Positions 27,765 through 35,256 of a stretch of DNA of 64,000 nucleotides are shown here, piece by piece. Numbering within the stretch: position 1 is the first letter of the stretch; every line of letters begins with the position of its first letter. This stretch comes from an uncultured Candidatus Saccharibacteria bacterium (lineage in GTDB: Bacteria; Patescibacteriota; Minisyncoccia; Phycocordibacterales; UBA3531): NCBI GenBank assembly GCA_964361405.1, contig CAYIAA010000001.1, positions 20,917-84,916 of the forward strand, in the 5' to 3' direction. A program made the translations under genes and the position numbers. The notes under the pieces were generated by a model. It had not been told where the DNA came from. It did no database searches and worked only from the letters and a program-made list of their open reading frames with translations.

Positions 27765-29999
27765 ATGGCAAAAATAATCGTTACACTTGGGCCATCGACC
27801 AATACTGAGAGCGACCTCCGGAAAATACAAAGTAAGGGCGTTAGTTTCGTGCGGGTTAATATGTCCCACTCGACAACTCTTGATCTTGAGCGTTTCATTC
27901 AAATGTCAAAGAAGGTAGGTATCCCTTTCATTGTTGATACCGAAGGGTCTCAAGTGAGAACGGGGGATCTAAAAGATCCTGAAGTTTCTTACGATGAAAA
28001 TGATGAAATTAAGATATATAACCGTCCGATCATCGGTGACCGAGAAATGATCTGTCTCAAGCCATACCACGTGGTAGAGCAACTTGAACCCGGAGATATT
28101 ATTCACGTTGATTTTAATAATTTAATACTGCGGATAACCGATATATACACACTATCCAAAGGTTACTCTATGGCGAGAGTGATAAGTAGTGGGGTTTTAG
28201 GAAGAAATAAAGCAGTTGTTATTGACTTCGGTGCAAAAAGAGAACTTAACCTTTCTCCATTGTCAGAAAAAGATCACGAGTCCATCGCGATCGGTCTCAG
28301 AGAAGGGGTCGGCCATATTGCTGCTTCATTTATGAGGTCAAAGGCATTTGTAGAAGAGGTGCGACGAGCTACAAAAGGTTCAATGAAAATTATTTCTAAG
28401 ATCGAATGCCTCGACGCTCTCGAGAACCTCGATGAAATAATTGAGGCATCAGATTATTTGTTGATTGACCGGGGGGATTTAAGTAAGGAAGTACCTATAG
28501 AAAAAATACCATTTCTTCAGAAAATCATTTTAAAAAAAGCAAAGGATCAAGGAAAAGGTGTATTTGTTGCAACAAACCTTTTGGAGACCATGGTTCGAGA
28601 GAGGAAACCCACACGTGCAGAGGTAAATGACGTTGCAAATACCATCCTCGATGGCGCATATGGTCTTGCACTCGCGGCCGAGACCGCCATCGGCAAATAC
28701 CCAATGGAGAGTATTGCTATGCTCAATAAATTGATTTCTGAGACAGAGGTATTCCTCAATACCAAGAAAAAAACCACAGGAGAGTCTAAAGAGATGGAGT
28801 ATTTGGAATACCTGTCGTCTGCCGCCATTTCTTCAGCTCTTATACCGCCGCACGGGGGAGTACTCGTTGACCGAGTTTTGAAAGAAATTCCTCCAAAGTC
28901 ATATCTCGATTCACTACGGAAGATCACGATTGACGAAAATCAACAAATGGACGTCGAGCAGATCGGCATTGGAACATTTAGTCCGATTGAAGGATTTATG
29001 GACAAAGATAACTTCAGAAGTGTTTTAGATCGGATGCGGCTGTCCAGCGGTGTTATTTGGACTATACCAATTCTTTTGGATATATCTCTTCCGGAAGCGG
29101 GGGCCATATCAATTGGTGACACCGTTATATTAGTGAATGAAAAAGGCGAAACCCTCTCACTGCTACATGTAAGCGATAAATATACATTCGATAAAGAAGA
29201 AATGGCACAGAAACTGTATGGAACTCGTAGTCCCGAACACCCAGGAGTACAAATGATATCCAAAATGAAACCAATATTACTCGGCGGAAAGATAGATTTA
29301 GTGAAGCGGCGAGGGTCGGACCATAAAGAATATGAATTAACACCTCGTCAGGTACGAAAGTTATTTGATGAGCGTGGCTGGAGAAAAGTAGTGGGATTCC
29401 ACACAAGAAATGTGATCCATCGAAGCCATGAATTTATTCAACTGAAGGCAATGGAGGGGGAATATGCCGATGGATTATTCATACATCCAATTATTGGTAA
29501 GAAAAAAAAGGGAGATTTTAAGGCACTGTATATCCTTAAAGCGTATGAGATGATGATGAAAGATTATTATCCCAAGAACAGCGTTGTCTTAAGCGCTTTT
29601 TCAACGTACTCGCGGTACGCAGGACCAAGGGAAGCAATTTTTACGGCACTTTGCAGAAAAAATTTCGGCTGTAGTCATTTTATTGTTGGACGAGATCACA
29701 CTGGGGTGGGTGATTTTTATCATCCAAATGCTTCTCATGATATTTTTGACCAATTTCCAGATTTGGGTATACAGCCAGTTAAATTTGATAAAGTATTTTA
29801 TTCAAACAGCCATAAAAAGCATCTCCACGAAAGAGATGTTCCTAGTCATCCAGAGAGCGATAAATTTCATATCAGTAGCACTGACGCGAGAAAAATGTTT
29901 GAAAAGGGAGAAAGTCCGCCTGAGTGGTCTATGAGACCGGAAATATCGAAAATGATTATCGATTCTTTATGTGCGGGGCATAAGGTATTTGTCGAATAG
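27765..29999 (+). CDS. fusion protein: pyruvate-kinase-like catalytic barrel (N-terminal) plus sulfate adenylyltransferase/ATP sulfurylase (C-terminal)
   Basis: 744 aa. Pyruvate-kinase blocks VRVNMSHS, VDTEGSQVRTG, IISKIEC, DRGDLS, VATNLLETM and DVANTILDGAYGLALAAETAIGKYP are present with all catalytic residues; no PK C-terminal domain. Sat blocks GFHTRNVIHRSHEFI (QTRNxxHRAHE) and IVGRDHTGVG (GRDHAG) follow. Confidence 0.75.
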   Translation: MAKIIVTLGPSTNTESDLRKIQSKGVSFVRVNMSHSTTLDLERFIQMSKKVGIPFIVDTEGSQVRTGDLKDPEVSYDENDEIKIYNRPIIGDREMICLKPYHVVEQLEPGDIIHVDFNNLILRITDIYTLSKGYSMARVISSGVLGRNKAVVIDFGAKRELNLSPLSEKDHESIAIGLREGVGHIAASFMRSKAFVEEVRRATKGSMKIISKIECLDALENLDEIIEASDYLLIDRGDLSKEVPIEKIPFLQKIILKKAKDQGKGVFVATNLLETMVRERKPTRAEVNDVANTILDGAYGLALAAETAIGKYPMESIAMLNKLISETEVFLNTKKKTTGESKEMEYLEYLSSAAISSALIPPHGGVLVDRVLKEIPPKSYLDSLRKITIDENQQMDVEQIGIGTFSPIEGFMDKDNFRSVLDRMRLSSGVIWTIPILLDISLPEAGAISIGDTVILVNEKGETLSLLHVSDKYTFDKEEMAQKLYGTRSPEHPGVQMISKMKPILLGGKIDLVKRRGSDHKEYELTPRQVRKLFDERGWRKVVGFHTRNVIHRSHEFIQLKAMEGEYADGLFIHPIIGKKKKGDFKALYILKAYEMMMKDYYPKNSVVLSAFSTYSRYAGPREAIFTALCRKNFGCSHFIVGRDHTGVGDFYHPNASHDIFDQFPDLGIQPVKFDKVFYSNSHKKHLHERDVPSHPESDKFHISSTDARKMFEKGESPPEWSMRPEISKMIIDSLCAGHKVFVE

Positions 30000-30013
30000 T
30001 CTCTGGCAACCTC

Positions 30014-30955
30014 ATGGAACTCCTTATTGTTACCTACCACTACGTTGACGACCCGAAGAAATTTAAGGCCGGGATTTATCCCATTTCTCCCGAAGCTTTT
30101 CAGGACCAGATGGAGGGACTTTCTCGAACTCACCAGTTCATTTCCGAGGGGGACTTGCTTGACGCAATTTCTGGAGTGCGACCATTTGCTAAGCCATCAT
30201 GCCTAGTGACTTTCGACGACGGTCTCGCTTCCCAAATGCACTTTGCGGTGCCTATTTTGGAGAAGCAAAAAATCCCTGCAGTTTTTTTTGTTACCACCCA
30301 ACCGTATACAAGCGGTAAGGCCGCTACGGTTCACAAGATCCACTACCTTCTCTCGCAGGTGCCAGCTGAAACCCTCAAAACTGAAGCTGAAGATAGTTAT
30401 AAAAAATTGACCGGTGAAATACTTAATTGGTTGGCAGAGCGCTTGAGAGAGGCGGAGGAGTGGTACATTTACGACGATTTAGTCACTGCTCGTCTCAAGT
30501 TCCTTTTGAACCATTATCTCGACTCCGAGAAGACGGATCATATAGTGGATGACCTTTTTGCTCGCCACTATAGAGATGGAGAAGCGGCATTTGCGAAAGA
30601 ACTCTATTTTTCCCAAAATGATCTCAAGATGATTAAAGACAATCCACTTTTTGCCGTCGGACTTCATACGCACACTCACCTCAACATACAGAAGGCATTA
30701 GAGTCTGCGGTTAAATCGGACATAACTGCAAACTATTCTTATCTCTCTGAACATTTGGGTATGACAATACGCGGCATTTCATACCCTTACGGCATGATTT
30801 CTGAGACTGAATACGAGAAAAAAGTGGTGACTATCGGAAAAGAATTGGGTCTTCTCTATGGCGTCACAACAGTAAAGGGCGTGAATACTGACCTTACAAG
30901 ACCGTTTTTCCTAAAGCGTTTGAATCCGAACGACCTGAAAGAAGAACTCGAGTGA
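30014..30955 (+). CDS. polysaccharide deacetylase (NodB homology, CE4)
   Basis: 313 aa; LVTFDDG motif and the His-rich HTHTH region. Confidence 0.7.
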   Translation: MELLIVTYHYVDDPKKFKAGIYPISPEAFQDQMEGLSRTHQFISEGDLLDAISGVRPFAKPSCLVTFDDGLASQMHFAVPILEKQKIPAVFFVTTQPYTSGKAATVHKIHYLLSQVPAETLKTEAEDSYKKLTGEILNWLAERLREAEEWYIYDDLVTARLKFLLNHYLDSEKTDHIVDDLFARHYRDGEAAFAKELYFSQNDLKMIKDNPLFAVGLHTHTHLNIQKALESAVKSDITANYSYLSEHLGMTIRGISYPYGMISETEYEKKVVTIGKELGLLYGVTTVKGVNTDLTRPFFLKRLNPNDLKEELE

Positions 30956-30973
30956 GATAAGGACGATGCTGTT

Positions 30974-31591
30974 TTAAAGTTTGCCAGAGAGTTTTTGCAA
31001 AAGTGTACTCTCGTCCGCTTGGGAAGAAACAACGAAGGTGCGATCCGCAAGTTGGGAAAAGAGCGGCAAGAATATTTTCTCATTTATTTCCATTGCCACT
31101 CCCCATGACGCTCTCTCCCTGCCGCTCGCGATTCCTTCTCGAGCACCATAACCACGCTCATCTGCGCGTTTTCCGCGGACCTCTTTCGGCGTGGCGAGGA
31201 GAATAAGCATTTCGACGCGGGGGATGAATTCTAGATAGCGTTCAAATATACGGGGTGGAACTGGTCGCTCAAAAATCGAGTAGAAGTTTTGGACATGGCC
31301 TTCGTCGATGATGGCGTTTTTGAGTTTTCTAGCCTTTTCATATTTGGCGGCATGGTGGAGAAAAGTATTCAAGACTTTTGTTCGGAACACCGGCCAGCTT
31401 CGCGACTCGGTCACAATGAGGGAAAGTGTTTTGATTGTGAAGAGCGGGTGTTTTGAGGCAAAGAGGGAAGCGAGAGTAAGAAGCTCACTTTTTCCGGTAA
31501 TCTTCACAATCGGGAAATCCAGACGCTCGGAGAGTATTTTTGCAAGAGATGTTTTCCCTGAAGCGGGAGGGCCGACGAGTTCTATAATCAC
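30974..31591 (-). CDS. P-loop NTPase/kinase-like hypothetical protein (not a recognisable APS kinase)
   Basis: 205 aa; Walker A GPPASGKTSLAK at the N-terminus; lacks the CysC DGDN/FISP motifs. Confidence 0.4.
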   Translation of the reverse strand: MIIELVGPPASGKTSLAKILSERLDFPIVKITGKSELLTLASLFASKHPLFTIKTLSLIVTESRSWPVFRTKVLNTFLHHAAKYEKARKLKNAIIDEGHVQNFYSIFERPVPPRIFERYLEFIPRVEMLILLATPKEVRGKRADERGYGAREGIASGRERASWGVAMEINEKIFLPLFSQLADRTFVVSSQADESTLLQKLSGKL

Positions 31592-32316
31592 GGCTTTGTG
31601 AATGTTACAGCGTAAGATTCTGAAAAAAAAGCACTCGCGGGATTGAGTTGGAAGGACGAAAATATCCGGTAAAGTAATCTATTGAGAGCCGGAATTGAGA
31701 TAACTGGGGTATGAAGAGTAACTGGCCACACCCCCTCTACAGAGAATCCCGCATCTCTTAGAAACCTAGTGAGCACTTTCGGTTTGATTTGACCTCGGTG
31801 GATGGGTGGAATAGTTTTTCTCGCGAGGGTACTCCGTCCATAATGAGACATCTTGGTGATGATGATACCCCGACCACCCGCTTTCATGAGTGAGAACACC
31901 TTCTTCGCGAAATCTTTTTTAGACGGAAGGTACTCGATTGCCCGGGATGAAAAGAAGAAATCGTATCTTTTGTTTGCCGCAAAAGACATAAAGTCCGAAT
32001 GAATATAGTGGATATTTTCGGCATTTCCCAATCCGGTTTTTGCCTGCCTCAACATGACCTCGGAGATGTCGACAAGATCAAATGAAGCGTTTGGAACGAA
32101 CGTGATGAACACTTTTGTCCATGTCCCCGGGCCGGAGCCTAGTTCGAGATAGTGCGAGAACTTTACATCCTTGGCGAGCTGCCGTATAGATTTCTCCGTC
32201 ATAAAATAATCTTGTTCGCGTTCGGCGGTGCTTTTCCACCGCGCCCTTTCATATTCGCCTCCAGCATTTTCCGCGAAGCGGTTGAAGGATTGTTCTATAT
32301 CAGTTTGTTGGAACAT
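31588..32316 (-). CDS. class I SAM-dependent methyltransferase
   Basis: 242 aa; LELGSGPGTWT motif I; MKAGGRGII; start/stop overlap with the downstream P-loop gene. Confidence 0.6.
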   Translation of the reverse strand: MFQQTDIEQSFNRFAENAGGEYERARWKSTAEREQDYFMTEKSIRQLAKDVKFSHYLELGSGPGTWTKVFITFVPNASFDLVDISEVMLRQAKTGLGNAENIHYIHSDFMSFAANKRYDFFFSSRAIEYLPSKKDFAKKVFSLMKAGGRGIIITKMSHYGRSTLARKTIPPIHRGQIKPKVLTRFLRDAGFSVEGVWPVTLHTPVISIPALNRLLYRIFSSFQLNPASAFFSESYAVTFTKP

Positions 32317-32370
32317 GGGAAAAATCTTCTTTATTATTGTAAATAAAGCATTTTCTGTTATAGTAGGTCA

Positions 32371-34641
32371 ATGCGTCCGGAACGGATACTTACGAACGTT
32401 CTCACTGGCGGAATTTTTTTGATTCCCTTTGTTCCGCTCCTTATTGCGAGTACTGATGCTTTTCCATACCTGATTGGGAATCTCTTTTTCCCCTACATCA
32501 CCGGAAAGAATATCGTTTTCCGGGTTCTCGTTGAAATACTCACGGCCGGCTGGCTTATTCTCGTCATCCTTGATAAGCGTTATCTACCAAAAAAGTCACT
32601 CATCGTCTATGCGGTGTCGGCTTTCCTTGTGGTTATGTCACTCGCCACAGCGCTTGGTGTGGATCCTTATCGGAGTTTCTGGTCGAGTTTTGAAAGGATG
32701 GAAGGACTTGTCACTTACATCCACCTCTACCTTTTCTTTATTCTCCTCGGCTCTTTTCTCCAGAGCGAAAAGCTTTGGCGGTGGTTTTTCCACACCTCGA
32801 TCGGGGTTTCCATCGTAATAAGTTTCATCGCTCTTTCACAACTTTTAGGTTATACCCCCATTGTGCAAAGCTCGGAGCGCCTTGAGGCTACATTCGGGAA
32901 CGCTACGTACTTGGCAGTCTACCTTCTCTTCCACATCTTCTTCGCCGCTTATTATCTATTTCAGACAAAGCATCGCGGCAAGTTAACCAAAATTATCTAC
33001 GCTGGAATCATTCTCTTTGAATCCACCATGCTTCTTTTTACCGAAACGAGAGGAGCTATTGTGGGACTCGTGGCGGGTGTTCTCGTTATCGCGGCACTGA
33101 ACGCGTATGCGAACCGCGGACGCGCGCGAAAAATTGCGGTGGGTGTTCTTGTCGGCGCTTTTTTATTGACTGCCCTTTTCGCGACACTCCGTGATACTGA
33201 ACTTGTGCAAAATCAGCGTGTTCTCCGGCGGATGGCAAATATTTCCATCTCCGAAGTTGCCACCTCTCGTTTTACTATCTGGAAAATGGCTTTGAGAGGA
33301 ACGGTAGAGCGGCCTATTCTTGGCTGGGGTCCGGAGAACTTTATGGCCGTATTCTCGAAGTATTACGATCCAAACCTCTATAACCAAGAACCGTGGTTTG
33401 ACCGGGCGCACAATGTATTTCTTGACTGGCTTGTGGGTGGCGGCATAGCGGGCCTCCTAGCCTACCTTTCTCTTTTTGCCGCATCGCTTTATTACCTTAT
33501 CAGTGGACAGCGAGAATCCGCTCCGAATGGAAGTTTCCGGAGGAAAATTTCAGCCCTTCTTTCAAAGTTTCTCGGGGATGAAGATATGATGGGGAGGACA
33601 ATTCTTGTTGGGCTTTTCGTCGCCTATTTCATCCAAAACTTTTTTGTTTTCGATAATATTGGAAGTTATATCCTTTTCTTCTCCGTGCTTGCCTACCTCA
33701 ATTATCATTATGGCGCGGAGTGGAAACTTTTCGATCGTGTGGCAACCGCGTATCAAAAAACAGTTCCCTTACTTGCAGGGATTATAATCATTGTCCCAAT
33801 CGTAGCTTTTGTTTTCTACACAGTGAACGTCAAGGCATTTCTTGCGTCGAGGACGCTTATTGCTGCTATGCAACCGCATGAAGGAAAAGGGGTGCTTTAT
33901 AATCTCGAACTCTTTGAAAAAGTTATTGAGTATGGAACACTCGGGACGCCCGAAGCTCGTGAGCAGTTTCTACAAATTGCGGCGACGATTGCCGGAGTAG
34001 AGGGCATCGGTCCCGAGGTGAAAGAACAATTTATACATACAGCGAAAGCGGAAATGGTAAAACAACTTGAGGAGCGTCCGTACGACAGCCGCTACCCGCT
34101 TTTTCTCGGTTCATTTCTCGCAAGCACGGGGAATGTTGACGAAGCATTAATTTATCTCAATAAAGCTCACGAACTCTCTCCGCGCAAGCAATTGGTATTT
34201 TTTGAGATTGCCTCGATATATGTTCGAAAAGGGAATTACCAAGAAGCGCTTCGATACGCAAAAGAGGCATATGATCTCGCACCAACTTTTCCCGAGGCGC
34301 AGAAATTTTATGCCCTCCTCGCAATTTATACCGGGAATATTTCACTTGCGGATGAAATTATTACGGATCGAAAGCTTTATACCGACCAGCGGTTTATAAA
34401 CGCTTTTCTTTCGCAAGGGAAAGCAGGCCGCGTAGTCGAAGTATGGAAAAGTGTTGTCGCCGAAAATCCGAACAATGCGCAGAATCACATATCGCTTGCT
34501 GCGGCATACCTCGCAAACGGCGAGCGATCGCAAGCCGTGAAAGAACTTGAAGCGGCAATTCTCCTTGAGAGTGCATTTCGAGAACAGGGTGAGTATTTGA
34601 TTGGTGAAATTAAAGCCGGCAGAAATCCTTCGTCTCCATAG
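32371..34641 (+). CDS. O-antigen ligase/polymerase (Wzy_C-like) multi-pass membrane protein with C-terminal TPR repeats
   Basis: 756 aa; more than 10 TM helices; FTETRGAIVGLVAG loop typical of Wzy_C; C-terminal TPR-like repeats (NYQEALRYAKEAYDLAP...). Confidence 0.65.
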   Translation: MRPERILTNVLTGGIFLIPFVPLLIASTDAFPYLIGNLFFPYITGKNIVFRVLVEILTAGWLILVILDKRYLPKKSLIVYAVSAFLVVMSLATALGVDPYRSFWSSFERMEGLVTYIHLYLFFILLGSFLQSEKLWRWFFHTSIGVSIVISFIALSQLLGYTPIVQSSERLEATFGNATYLAVYLLFHIFFAAYYLFQTKHRGKLTKIIYAGIILFESTMLLFTETRGAIVGLVAGVLVIAALNAYANRGRARKIAVGVLVGAFLLTALFATLRDTELVQNQRVLRRMANISISEVATSRFTIWKMALRGTVERPILGWGPENFMAVFSKYYDPNLYNQEPWFDRAHNVFLDWLVGGGIAGLLAYLSLFAASLYYLISGQRESAPNGSFRRKISALLSKFLGDEDMMGRTILVGLFVAYFIQNFFVFDNIGSYILFFSVLAYLNYHYGAEWKLFDRVATAYQKTVPLLAGIIIIVPIVAFVFYTVNVKAFLASRTLIAAMQPHEGKGVLYNLELFEKVIEYGTLGTPEAREQFLQIAATIAGVEGIGPEVKEQFIHTAKAEMVKQLEERPYDSRYPLFLGSFLASTGNVDEALIYLNKAHELSPRKQLVFFEIASIYVRKGNYQEALRYAKEAYDLAPTFPEAQKFYALLAIYTGNISLADEIITDRKLYTDQRFINAFLSQGKAGRVVEVWKSVVAENPNNAQNHISLAAAYLANGERSQAVKELEAAILLESAFREQGEYLIGEIKAGRNPSSP

Positions 34642-34722
34642 AGGTTGACTTTTTGCTCAATTTTGCTATACTGCGCTTGTGAGTGTTTTTATCCGAAAGG
34701 ATAAAACTCTAACGAATGTCTG

Positions 34723-34760
34723 CGTAAAGTCCCGCTCTGCGGGACTTTACGTTTATATAC
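34723..34760 (+). terminator. intrinsic terminator hairpin
   Basis: CGTAAAGTCCCGC-TCT-GCGGGACTTTACG, 13-bp perfect stem followed by TTTAT. Confidence 0.5.
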
Positions 34761-34795
34761 TCGTTCGCGCATAATTGAGTAGCGTCAATCGACGC

Positions 34796-34880
34796 ACCCA
34801 CTCATGGTCGGTGGAAGCACTCACAAAGGACATTTGTTTTGGAGTCAACACCACCGACCATGAGTGGGTTTTTGTATTTT
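34796..34880 (+). other. long stem-loop (18-19 bp perfect stem, ~36-nt loop) followed by a T-run; terminator or small structured RNA
   Basis: CCCACTCATGGTCGGTGG ... CCACCGACCATGAGTGGG then TTTTTGTATTTT. Confidence 0.4.
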
Positions 34881-35082
34881 AAATTTGTGAAAACATTTTT
34901 TACGCGGTGATAGGTGAAAGTTATCCACATTTTCATCTCATGTTGGTTGTTGTGAACACATATATGAACGATAATGGAAGTAATATTGGTAACAGTTCAT
35001 TGTGCGCCGCAAGAATTGCGCAGGGGGTCGATGACTGTTATGTGCATCTTTAGCAAGATTAATTCCAGGAAATAAAAAAACC

Positions 35083-35172
35083 ATGGCACAAAAAAGAAAG
35101 AAGGCAGTAGCAAAGAAAACTACAAAACGGAAAAAGACAACAAAGAAGACTTCAAAGCGACGGAGAAGGTAA
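35083..35172 (+). CDS. 29-aa lysine/arginine-rich peptide (hypothetical)
   Basis: MAQKRKKAVAKKTTKRKKTTKKTSKRRRR; AGGA 12 nt upstream; its own terminator lies 24 nt downstream; below the track threshold. Confidence 0.25.
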   Translation: MAQKRKKAVAKKTTKRKKTTKKTSKRRRR

Positions 35173-35195
35173 CCGTTCCACCTTTTCTATCAAAA

Positions 35196-35227
35196 TAAGA
35201 GCGCCCCTGCGGCGCTCTTATTTTTAT
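35196..35227 (+). terminator. intrinsic terminator
   Basis: TAAGAGCGCC-CCTG-CGGCGCTCTTA followed by TTTTTAT. Confidence 0.55.
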
Positions 35228-35256
35228 GCTACAATTGCCACGCATCATCGAAAACC

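Noticed and set aside
27765-29999. Interpreting the PK::Sat ORF as two genes joined by a frameshift
   Set aside because: The reading frame is continuous, with an ~20-residue linker between the last PK block (..AIGKYP.., ~aa 308) and the Sat PUA-like domain, and no in-frame stop or RBS-like sequence at the junction. Sequencing error cannot be fully excluded without reads.
30974-31591. Calling the P-loop protein an adenylylsulfate (APS) kinase
   Set aside because: The Walker A motif is present but the CysC-specific DGDN and FISP blocks are absent. It is left as a generic P-loop kinase-like protein.
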